Notes under the pieces: model-generated
What the model was told of the DNA's origin: nothing
The model's input: the letters and a program-made list of their open reading frames with translations, nothing else
Database searches by the model: none
Assembly: GCA_030747675.1 (NCBI GenBank)
Contig: JASLKH010000059.1
Coordinates: forward strand, 1 to 17,200
Direction of reading: 5' to 3'
Length of the DNA: 17,200 bases
From: Candidatus Thalassarchaeaceae archaeon
GTDB taxonomy: Archaea; Thermoplasmatota; Poseidoniia; Poseidoniales; Thalassarchaeaceae
Program-made: the position numbers and the translations under genes
In this document: positions 1 to 7,394 of the stretch, one piece after another
How positions within the stretch are numbered: position 1 is the first letter of the stretch
Layout: each line of letters begins with the position of its first letter

Positions 1-228
1 AACCAGCTCTACACCCATTCGCTGCATCTTGTCATGCACCAAATCACAGGCCCCATAACACGGATCTGCAGCGAGGACAATTTTAGCCGTAGTTTCTTCT
101 TCTATAGCATCCATCATGTCCAAGGCTTGCATCTTCAAACCTTCAGGAACTTGAAGTGCAACTAATCGGTTATCATTCGATTTTATCCTCTCAATTAATT
201 CATTCAGTTGAAAATCGTGTCGATCCAT
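1..228 (-). CDS. dph2: Diphthamide biosynthesis protein Dph2 (2-(3-amino-3-carboxypropyl)histidine synthase), N-terminal 76 codons; runs off the window edge
   Basis: Not in the ORF track. Manual translation gives MDRHDFQLNELIERIKSNDNRLVALQVPEGLKMQALDMMDAIEEETTAKIVLAADPCYGACDLVHDKMQRMGVELV, with the Dph2 motifs LQxPEGL and ADPCYGACD (first Fe-S Cys). SD GAGGTGA lies upstream; alternative TTG start at 234. Confidence 0.9.
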   Translation of the reverse strand, partial: MDRHDFQLNELIERIKSNDNRLVALQVPEGLKMQALDMMDAIEEETTAKIVLAADPCYGACDLVHDKMQRMGVELV

Positions 229-243
229 ATCCAAACTATCACC

Positions 244-813
244 TCATTCCAATAAAACGATTTTATCTCCTGCCATACGCAACTGAACTAGACTAGAAAG
301 TGCCCATCCATACTTCTTTCGAAGTCTTTCCATGCCATCACCTTTTTCAAAAACGATTTGGACTCCAGCAATAATTGCTCCAATATCCTCTAATGTGGAT
401 AATATGGGTTCCAAGGTACCACCTGTACTTACAACATCATCGACAACTAATACGCGCTCTCCAGATTGAATGTCATTCAGATAAATTTCTCCTTTAGAAT
501 ACCCGGTACTCTGGCCTATTTCCACTTCCCCGGGGAGCCCATATGACCGTTTTCTAGCAATAATCAAAGGTTTACCGCTACTAAACGATAATGCCGCTGC
601 CAGAGGAATTCCCATAGCCTCAATCCCTAATATTATGTCTACAGTATTCCAATTGACATCTTCTGAGATTAAATCATGAGCAGCACGCAAAATATCTGAA
701 CTTTGTCGAGGAACACCATCAGTTAATGGGTGGACAAAATATGCATATTCACCTTTCATAACAACAGGAGCGTCAATTACACTTTGACGCAATCGTTTGA
801 CATTGTCCTCCAT
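244..813 (-). CDS. hpt: Archaeal purine phosphoribosyltransferase (Hpt/Apt-like, type I PRTase)
   Basis: PRPP-binding loop VLVVDDVVSTGGT, GIEAMGIPLA, YFVHPLTDGVP and ARKRxYGLPGE are typical of archaeal Hpt, often annotated apt. Substrate cannot be determined from sequence. Confidence 0.85.
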   Translation of the reverse strand: MEDNVKRLRQSVIDAPVVMKGEYAYFVHPLTDGVPRQSSDILRAAHDLISEDVNWNTVDIILGIEAMGIPLAAALSFSSGKPLIIARKRSYGLPGEVEIGQSTGYSKGEIYLNDIQSGERVLVVDDVVSTGGTLEPILSTLEDIGAIIAGVQIVFEKGDGMERLRKKYGWALSSLVQLRMAGDKIVLLE

Positions 814-828
814 GGGACTTGCCTCTCT

Positions 829-1368
829 TCAGATCAATCCCTTGAGGTGATCATGTCCTTTTACAACACGGGTTGAGCACGGACTTGGGAATTTCATGGT
901 CGCCTTTCGCATTGCATCCTTTGCGGCTAAGAAATATTCAGGGGTTGTAGAAATAGTCATGACAGAAGTCCCTCTTTTGCAACGAGCAGCAGTTCCAACA
1001 TTTTTCCCGAAAGCACAGCGCATACCTTGTGAAACACGGTCGGCACCTGCCCCTGTCGCCTGCTTGTTCTCTCGCAAAATGTGGTGCGGGTAAACTTTGA
1101 TTCGGAGTGCATAACCCTCTTGTCCGGCAGCAGCACGAATTGTAGCGTTGGAAATTACTCTGGCAGCTTCAAGTGCCGTGTGGCGGATTTGACACGATTC
1201 GTCGACGGTTAATTCTAGAACCACGGGAAATTCATTTGCTTCAGCAGCCTTTCTGTTTCCCATGTGGAACCTCAGAATTCTGTTGTTCGGTACACCACCT
1301 GTATACTTACGACGAGTGTAAGCTTGTCCTTTCAGTCGGCGATACATCTTCGCTGGTTTGCGTGCCAT
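829..1368 (-). CDS. rpl10e: 50S ribosomal protein uL16 (L10e)
   Basis: MARKPAKMYR start; QIRHTALEAARV; YPHHILRENKQATGAGADRVSQGMRCAFGK. Confidence 0.97.
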   Translation of the reverse strand: MARKPAKMYRRLKGQAYTRRKYTGGVPNNRILRFHMGNRKAAEANEFPVVLELTVDESCQIRHTALEAARVISNATIRAAAGQEGYALRIKVYPHHILRENKQATGAGADRVSQGMRCAFGKNVGTAARCKRGTSVMTISTTPEYFLAAKDAMRKATMKFPSPCSTRVVKGHDHLKGLI

Positions 1369-1402
1369 TAGACTCCCTCGCAGGCCGCCGACCCGAATTC
1401 CG

Positions 1403-1409
1403 TATTTAA
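1403..1409 (-). promoter_or_regulatory. Putative TATA box (TTAAATA) of the rpl10e-hpt-dph2 unit
   Basis: Minus-strand TTAAATA 34 nt upstream of the rpl10e ATG. The same heptamer precedes rpl40e. Confidence 0.5.
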
Positions 1410-1418
1410 CACTGCTCG

Positions 1419-1433
1419 GCCACCTACGGTGGC
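1419..1433. repeat. Perfect inverted repeat GCCACC-TAC-GGTGGC in a divergent intergenic region
   Basis: 6-bp perfect stem with a 3-nt loop, read directly from the sequence. Confidence 0.7.
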
Positions 1434-1489
1434 GTAGACCCCCTATTCTTCAGGCATGTTTATTCAACTCGGTCTAACCCACGTGTTCT

Positions 1490-2656
1490 GTGTCAGAAGT
1501 CTTGACCCGTATTTTTGGATTCATCGATTCACCTGAAGAGAGGCCCTGGGTGGCCATGGGCGCCTTCGCAATTTTTGTCATGTTAGGTTGCCTTTGGATA
1601 CATCAAGCACAGGTTTTACCGGGGGTTTCTTCTACTGAAACGGGTCTAAAAAGCACTATAATCGATATGAAATGGAATGCTGAAGGAACTGAGGCCTTGG
1701 CCTTGGTTTCTTCTGATTCTAATTTTGAGTTAATGTTGCGAAGTGCGAATGGAGATTGGAGTTCGATCGATTGTCAATGCAATCCACTTTCGATCGGTGG
1801 CTCGACGAATTCTTGGGTAGTTGGGGGCGAAAACGGTTGGTTTGGTCACATGTCGCCAGAATCTCAAAATCTGATGCCAAGGTCACTTGAATGGCCCGGA
1901 GTTGCGCCAGATATTATCTCACTTGATGGAGATATTTCTTCAGGTTGGATGATTGTTGAAGGTGGGAACGGAATAAGATCAGTCCAAACTTGGAACTCAC
2001 TACAGGTCAGTAATTCTTCCACATCTCCACTTGAGTCAGTTATTTTGACTGAAATTGAGGCTATTTCATCAGGCGCACTAATTATTGGATACGATTTATC
2101 GGCCGGAAATCCAGCTGATGGCCCTACTGCTGAAGTTTTAATTGCAGCTACTAGCACACTAGAATCTCCCCAGTTAGATCTTTTGCACCTTGGGGCAGGT
2201 TCAATATTACATACAATAATCCCAATTTATAATGGACCCTGGGCGTCAACATTTGTAGCCATAGTGGCTGGTGGTGACTCGGTCTATGGAGTTCAGATGG
2301 ATCATTCAGTGCACAGGATACCGGGAGCATCAGGTTCTGAAACAATTGCAATGGATGACAATGGTGCTTTGTGGATGAGCGAGGGATCAAACGTTGAAAC
2401 ATTTGGAATGGGTGATTCAGAATCACAGAATGTTGTTTTACCCGAAAATGTAGATATAGATACATCTTTTTCAGCGGGAGAAAATATAGTAATGCTTTCA
2501 TCTGACGGTTCAGTTCGTATTACAATTGACCCCTCAGCACAGCATTCGGTATTGCAAAGCTTACAATTATTAGGTGATTTGATTTTGATATTAATTTTAA
2601 TTGCATTTGCTGGATTTGGTGGATTTTCACTATTGAACAAGCATGAAGTCATTTGA
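1490..2656 (+). CDS. Hypothetical membrane protein with N- and C-terminal TM helices and an acidic, beta-rich (beta-propeller-like) middle domain
   Basis: 388-aa ORF with GTG start. Hydrophobic segments WVAMGAFAIFVMLGCLWI and LLGDLILILILIAFAGFGGFSLL. Blade-like strands MKWNAEGTEALALV, WVVGGENGWF and IAMDDNGALWMS. Fold assignment is inference. Confidence 0.7.
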   Translation: MSEVLTRIFGFIDSPEERPWVAMGAFAIFVMLGCLWIHQAQVLPGVSSTETGLKSTIIDMKWNAEGTEALALVSSDSNFELMLRSANGDWSSIDCQCNPLSIGGSTNSWVVGGENGWFGHMSPESQNLMPRSLEWPGVAPDIISLDGDISSGWMIVEGGNGIRSVQTWNSLQVSNSSTSPLESVILTEIEAISSGALIIGYDLSAGNPADGPTAEVLIAATSTLESPQLDLLHLGAGSILHTIIPIYNGPWASTFVAIVAGGDSVYGVQMDHSVHRIPGASGSETIAMDDNGALWMSEGSNVETFGMGDSESQNVVLPENVDIDTSFSAGENIVMLSSDGSVRITIDPSAQHSVLQSLQLLGDLILILILIAFAGFGGFSLLNKHEVI

Positions 2657-2660
2657 ATAT

Positions 2661-2725
2661 TTGATTATTGCAAAAATCAACGTTCACTACGTGAACGTCC
2701 GTGTTGTTCTTAGGCCCCCCCCTAA
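2661..2725. repeat. Three adjacent inverted repeats and a C8 tract upstream of mutS
   Basis: TTGATT-A-TTGCAA-A-AATCAA (2661-2680); ACGTTCAC-TAC-GTGAACGT (2680-2698); TTAGG-CCCCCC-CCTAA (2710-2725). Confidence 0.7.
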
Positions 2726-2772
2726 CTTGGGAACCTGTTCGTCCGCTACGATGATGACATGGAGATGAGTAA

Positions 2773-5457
2773 ATGGCCAAGGGACCGAGTATGCTAGAGC
2801 AGTATGCTGAGATCAAGGCCGAGCATTCTGACACGGTGCTATTTTTCAGAATGGGGGACTTTTATGAGATGTTTTATGATGATGCAGTTGTTGCATCAGA
2901 GGTTCTTGGAATTACTCTGACTAGTCGCGATAAAAATAGTGATTCACCTGTACCAATGGCTGGAGTGCCGTGGCATTCAGTGGAGGGTTACTTGCAACGT
3001 ATGCTTCGTGCAGGATACAAAGTGACCTTATGTGAACAAGCCGAAGAGTTACGCCCCGGAGAAAAAATACTTCGTAGAGTCGTTACTCGTGTATACACCC
3101 CTGGGTCATTGTATGAAGAGGAATTAATTGGTGAAGATGGTAGTGCATTACTGGCGTCCTTAGTCCTCAAAGGGGACTCTCTCGGAATTGCTGTAATCGA
3201 TCCATCTAGTGGTCGTGCATCCTCAACAGAGTATGAAGGGCCAGGACGATTTGAGCGTATGAGGGATGAAATTCTTCGCTGGAATCCTCGTGAAATTGTG
3301 ATGTCTGGTCGTGATGCTAAGCATGATGATATTATGCGAATATTCAGAGAAATTGATGGTTTACTCCTTAGTATCCATGATTTGCCAAGTAAAGGGAGAC
3401 TGGAAACATTACGCAAGGTCCTACAATTGAGTGATTTAGGAAGTCTTGATCTTGATAGTCGACCATTAGCTATGGAGGCTGCAGGTTTGGCTACAGCCTA
3501 CCTTTCAAAATTACATCTTGTCGATGCTGTACCTCTTCGGGAGATAAATCTCGGAGTTGACTCATCTCATATGTTGCTCGATCAAACAACACTCCGAAAT
3601 TTGGAATTAATTCACACATTATCTGGTGAAAAAGTTGGTAGTTTGATGCATTCAATTGATTCAACTCAGACCTGGATGGGCCGCAGGCTTCTCAAAGAAT
3701 GGTTGTTGAGGCCATTGATGAATCCAAGTTCAATTGCAGAACGACATAGTGCTGTATCAAGTTTAGTGAATGCCAGTCGCCGTCTCCGTGAAATCCGCGC
3801 ATCATTAAAGGCAATGCGTGATCTTGAACGTTTGGCAACACGTCTTGCATATAACCGAGTTAATGGTAGAGATTTACTGGCAATATCTGATTGTCTTTCT
3901 CGAATGCCATCCTTACAAGCAATTCTGACCGAATCCGAAGAACCCTTGTTGAATAATTGTGCTGAAGATTTGACTGCCTTGGAACCGTTGAAAGAGAGTA
4001 TTGTAAATTCATTATTTGATGAACAACCTGTTTTAATTAGAGAAGGAGGGATGTTCCGTAAAGGGTATGACGCAAAACTCGATAGTTTACGAGAAAAAGC
4101 AGAGAAGGGTACATCGTGGTTGTCAGAATTTGAAAAGAAAGAGCGTGAAAGATTAGAGATACCGAGCCTCAAAGTTAGATTTAATCGCCAGTTTGGTTAC
4201 TTTATTGAAGTAACAAAAACACATCTTGACAAAGTACCAGAGGATTGGATTCGTCGTCAAACTATGACCAACGCAGAGCGTTATATTACGGAAGAATTGA
4301 AGGAATGGGAAGATATAATTCTAAATGCAGGAAGTCGGGCGAATGAGATTGAGTATCGCTTATTTTGTACATTACGTGATGAAGTAAAAGCATCTTCAAT
4401 GGTACTTTCTTCAATTGCTCGTAAAGTATCGACAATCGATGTTCTGGCATCATTTGCACACCATGCCCGATTACGTTCTTGGAGTCGTCCAGAAATAGTT
4501 GAAGATAGTAGATTAGATATTTCGGGTGCACGTCACCCTGTTTTGGAAACAGATGGCCGTTTCGTACCAAATGACGTTAAATTCGATAAAAAGCGTAGAT
4601 TTTTATTGTTAACAGGTCCAAATATGGGGGGTAAATCCACTTACCTTCGAACAACCGCATTAATTACTATTTTAGCTCAAGCAGGATCCTATGTACCTGC
4701 TAATAGGGCTAGAATTGGTTTAGTTGATCGAGTATTCACTAGGGTGGGTGCCCATGATGACTTACGGAGAGGGCGTTCGACATTTATGATGGAAATGATC
4801 GAAGTAGCTCACATTTTACGTAGAGCAACTCCAAAATCTCTAGTTCTATTAGATGAAATTGGTAGGGGGACTTCAACCTTTGATGGCTTGGCAATTGCTT
4901 GGTCCGTTACTGAAGATATTACCAAAAGAATCACTTGTAGAACCCTTTTTGCGACACATTATCACCAATTAGTTGGTCTTGAAGAAGCGACACATGGTTT
5001 GGTAAATATTCACGTACAGGTTGCGGATTCAGGTGGTGAAATCACATTCTTGCATACGGTTGCTGAAGGGCCTTGTGACGATTCGTATGGTGTCCAAGTG
5101 GCATCATTGGCGGGTTTACCTCCAGAGGTAGTATCTAGGGCCCGTGATTTGTTGGTTTTCCTCGAAAGTCAAGCAACAGGTGCTCGGGCTGGAAAAGGGA
5201 ATTCCCCACTGGCTCGTGATTCTGGGCAATCTAGCCTTTTTGGTTGGCATTTGCCCAAGCAAGAATTAGATATTGGAATTACAGATGTAAAGCCGAAGGA
5301 ATCCAAAAATTATGATGCTTTATCTGCATTAGAAAGGTCTGTAATTCAACGTCTTTCCGAAGCAGATCCGGACATGATGAGCCCAAGAGATGCAATGGAT
5401 TTGTTGTATGAATTGAGAGTCCTTATGCGTGGCACCCATGAATGGTTGGAGGAGTGA
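2773..5457 (+). CDS. mutS: DNA mismatch repair protein MutS (MutS1)
   Basis: Mismatch-binding FFRMGDFYEMF (Phe-X-Glu); clamp-domain FNRQFGYFIEV and RRQTMTNAERY; Walker A GPNMGGKST; STFMMEM; Walker B LLDEIGRGTST; FATHYH; SYGVQVASLAG. Confidence 0.97.
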   Translation: MAKGPSMLEQYAEIKAEHSDTVLFFRMGDFYEMFYDDAVVASEVLGITLTSRDKNSDSPVPMAGVPWHSVEGYLQRMLRAGYKVTLCEQAEELRPGEKILRRVVTRVYTPGSLYEEELIGEDGSALLASLVLKGDSLGIAVIDPSSGRASSTEYEGPGRFERMRDEILRWNPREIVMSGRDAKHDDIMRIFREIDGLLLSIHDLPSKGRLETLRKVLQLSDLGSLDLDSRPLAMEAAGLATAYLSKLHLVDAVPLREINLGVDSSHMLLDQTTLRNLELIHTLSGEKVGSLMHSIDSTQTWMGRRLLKEWLLRPLMNPSSIAERHSAVSSLVNASRRLREIRASLKAMRDLERLATRLAYNRVNGRDLLAISDCLSRMPSLQAILTESEEPLLNNCAEDLTALEPLKESIVNSLFDEQPVLIREGGMFRKGYDAKLDSLREKAEKGTSWLSEFEKKERERLEIPSLKVRFNRQFGYFIEVTKTHLDKVPEDWIRRQTMTNAERYITEELKEWEDIILNAGSRANEIEYRLFCTLRDEVKASSMVLSSIARKVSTIDVLASFAHHARLRSWSRPEIVEDSRLDISGARHPVLETDGRFVPNDVKFDKKRRFLLLTGPNMGGKSTYLRTTALITILAQAGSYVPANRARIGLVDRVFTRVGAHDDLRRGRSTFMMEMIEVAHILRRATPKSLVLLDEIGRGTSTFDGLAIAWSVTEDITKRITCRTLFATHYHQLVGLEEATHGLVNIHVQVADSGGEITFLHTVAEGPCDDSYGVQVASLAGLPPEVVSRARDLLVFLESQATGARAGKGNSPLARDSGQSSLFGWHLPKQELDIGITDVKPKESKNYDALSALERSVIQRLSEADPDMMSPRDAMDLLYELRVLMRGTHEWLEE

Positions 5458-5459
5458 AA

Positions 5460-7394
5460 ATGGTCATTTCTACTGATTCTAGACGCCCAATATTGCAGTT
5501 GGATGATGCCACTATAGGGTATATCGCAGCAGGAGAGGTCGTCGAAAGGCCGGCCCAAGTTGTAAAAGAATTAGTTGAGAATAGTATCGACGCCCACCCT
5601 ACTCGAATTCGAATCGAAATAGATCGAGGTGGTTTTGATCGAATCGCTGTAATCGATGATGGAAATGGAATACCAGCGACAGAACTCGAGCTTGCAGTCA
5701 CTCGACATGCCACGAGTAAATTGCTAAATGTTGATGATCTTGCAGCCATACACACACTTGGTTTCAGGGGAGAAGCATTAGCCAGTATTGGAATGGTCAG
5801 TAGCCTTACTGTGTCCAGTCGTCCTGCTTTAGCAGACGGGATGAAAATTTCTGTGGAATGCGGCGAAAGGAAAGAATTGGAAGCAATAGGGATTGCCCCA
5901 GGCACTCTAATTGAAGTTAGGAACATATTCGCTAACCTCCCTGCACGTCTTTCATTTCAAAAACGCCCATCTACTGAAACTGCTTCCATTGTCGATATAG
6001 TGGTTTCACAGGCACTTTGCAACCCAAAGGTTGGATTTTCAGTAGTTGTTGATGGAAGAAATGTCCTTGAAACACCACCTGGGAATAACATGGAAGATCG
6101 ATTATTTGATCTTCTGGGATCTCCTGCTGAACGTTTGATTCCATTGATTTCTTCCGAGGAAGATTCCGCAGCCCCTGGTAGTGAAAGGTGGAATGGTTGG
6201 GTTTCTCCTCCTGATCTCACTCGCGCAAAGAGTGATGAAATCCATATCATAATCAATGGCCGTCCTGTGGCTCCATCTCCGTTTGTTCAAGCCATCCGTC
6301 GAGGATATCACACACGATTGATGGTTGGTAGAAACCCGATTTGTGTATTGAATTTACAATTGCCACCTGATGAAGTTGATGTCAATGTCCATCCTACAAA
6401 AAGGGAAGTCAGACTAAAAAATTCTTGGAGAGTGTTGGAACGATTGGAAAGAGCTATCAAACACACATTGCTTAGTATACCAACTGGTTCTATGAAGCCA
6501 GATTCAACGCCAATAGAATCGGTAGTTAATTCTGTTTCGTCCCCAGTTAATTCAGACAACACATTTCCATCTTGGACAAAGTCCGCACAATCTAGAATAA
6601 CATATCTTGGCCCCTTAGATAACAAGAAAGTTAAAGCAGAAAATCCTGTAAGTGAGTCCCCACTTACTCAGGCGACTTTGCCACATTTAGGGGTGTCTAA
6701 AATATCTCCAGCACTTTCTAGTGCTGAGCGTGATTTACACAGATGGTGCACAGGTGAAGGTAGTGTTTCTCCAACCGAAGAGCCTGAATGTAGCCCTCTG
6801 GATTTACAAGTTACAGATGTACCCAAAATGACACCCCTTTCACAATTTGCAGATTCCTATATTTTGGCTCAAGGTAATGATGAGTTATTCATCATCGATC
6901 AACATGCATTGCATGAAAGAATTCGGTATGAGCGATTACGTAATGACATGACATCTTGGGAATGTCAGACTTTAATGACACCTTTACAATTGTCAATTTC
7001 TCCTGCAAAATCTGAATCCCTTCGAAATAGTTTGGATAAATTTGATGCTATTGGTTTCAAATTTGAAATTGGTCCAACAATTTCAATTTCAGCAATCCCA
7101 TTGATTTTACTTGGAAGTGACCGCGTTGAATCTTTTGTTGAAGATGTCATTGACGAGATTGAATCAGGTTCACAGCGTTTACATTCAGTGGAATCACTTT
7201 CAGATGAAGTTGCTTTCATGAAATCTTGTAGGGGGGCAGTTAAGGCAAATCAAGCACTTTCTCTGCCTGAGATGAAACGATTAATTTCTGATATGCGTAC
7301 AATTGAAAACCCTTGGGCTTGCGTCCATGGGCGTCCGACGGTTTTACGTATATCATTGGATAAATTAGATGGTCACTTTGGTCGGCACGGCTAA
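5460..7394 (+). CDS. mutL: DNA mismatch repair endonuclease MutL
   Basis: GHKL motifs VVKELVENSIDA, DDGNGI, RHATSK, LGFRGEALASI; VDVNVHPTKREV; C-terminal endonuclease motifs DQHALHERIRYE, SCR and CVHGRP. Start placed at ATG 5460 (SD GGAGGAG, 2 nt after the mutS stop) rather than 5442. Confidence 0.97.
   Translation: MVISTDSRRPILQLDDATIGYIAAGEVVERPAQVVKELVENSIDAHPTRIRIEIDRGGFDRIAVIDDGNGIPATELELAVTRHATSKLLNVDDLAAIHTLGFRGEALASIGMVSSLTVSSRPALADGMKISVECGERKELEAIGIAPGTLIEVRNIFANLPARLSFQKRPSTETASIVDIVVSQALCNPKVGFSVVVDGRNVLETPPGNNMEDRLFDLLGSPAERLIPLISSEEDSAAPGSERWNGWVSPPDLTRAKSDEIHIIINGRPVAPSPFVQAIRRGYHTRLMVGRNPICVLNLQLPPDEVDVNVHPTKREVRLKNSWRVLERLERAIKHTLLSIPTGSMKPDSTPIESVVNSVSSPVNSDNTFPSWTKSAQSRITYLGPLDNKKVKAENPVSESPLTQATLPHLGVSKISPALSSAERDLHRWCTGEGSVSPTEEPECSPLDLQVTDVPKMTPLSQFADSYILAQGNDELFIIDQHALHERIRYERLRNDMTSWECQTLMTPLQLSISPAKSESLRNSLDKFDAIGFKFEIGPTISISAIPLILLGSDRVESFVEDVIDEIESGSQRLHSVESLSDEVAFMKSCRGAVKANQALSLPEMKRLISDMRTIENPWACVHGRPTVLRISLDKLDGHFGRHG

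Noticed and set aside
896-1409. Plus-strand ORFs 896-1093 and 1173-1409
   Set aside because: Antisense shadows of rpl10e with no recognisable motifs.
2751-2800. Possible C/D box sRNA (ATGATGA ... CTGA)
   Set aside because: No convincing D'/C' pair, and the D box falls inside mutS coding sequence.
1864-2834. Minus-strand ORFs 1864-2157, 2151-2501, 2302-2652 and 2649-2834
   Set aside because: Shadows of the 388-aa gene or the mutS start; no motifs or SD support.
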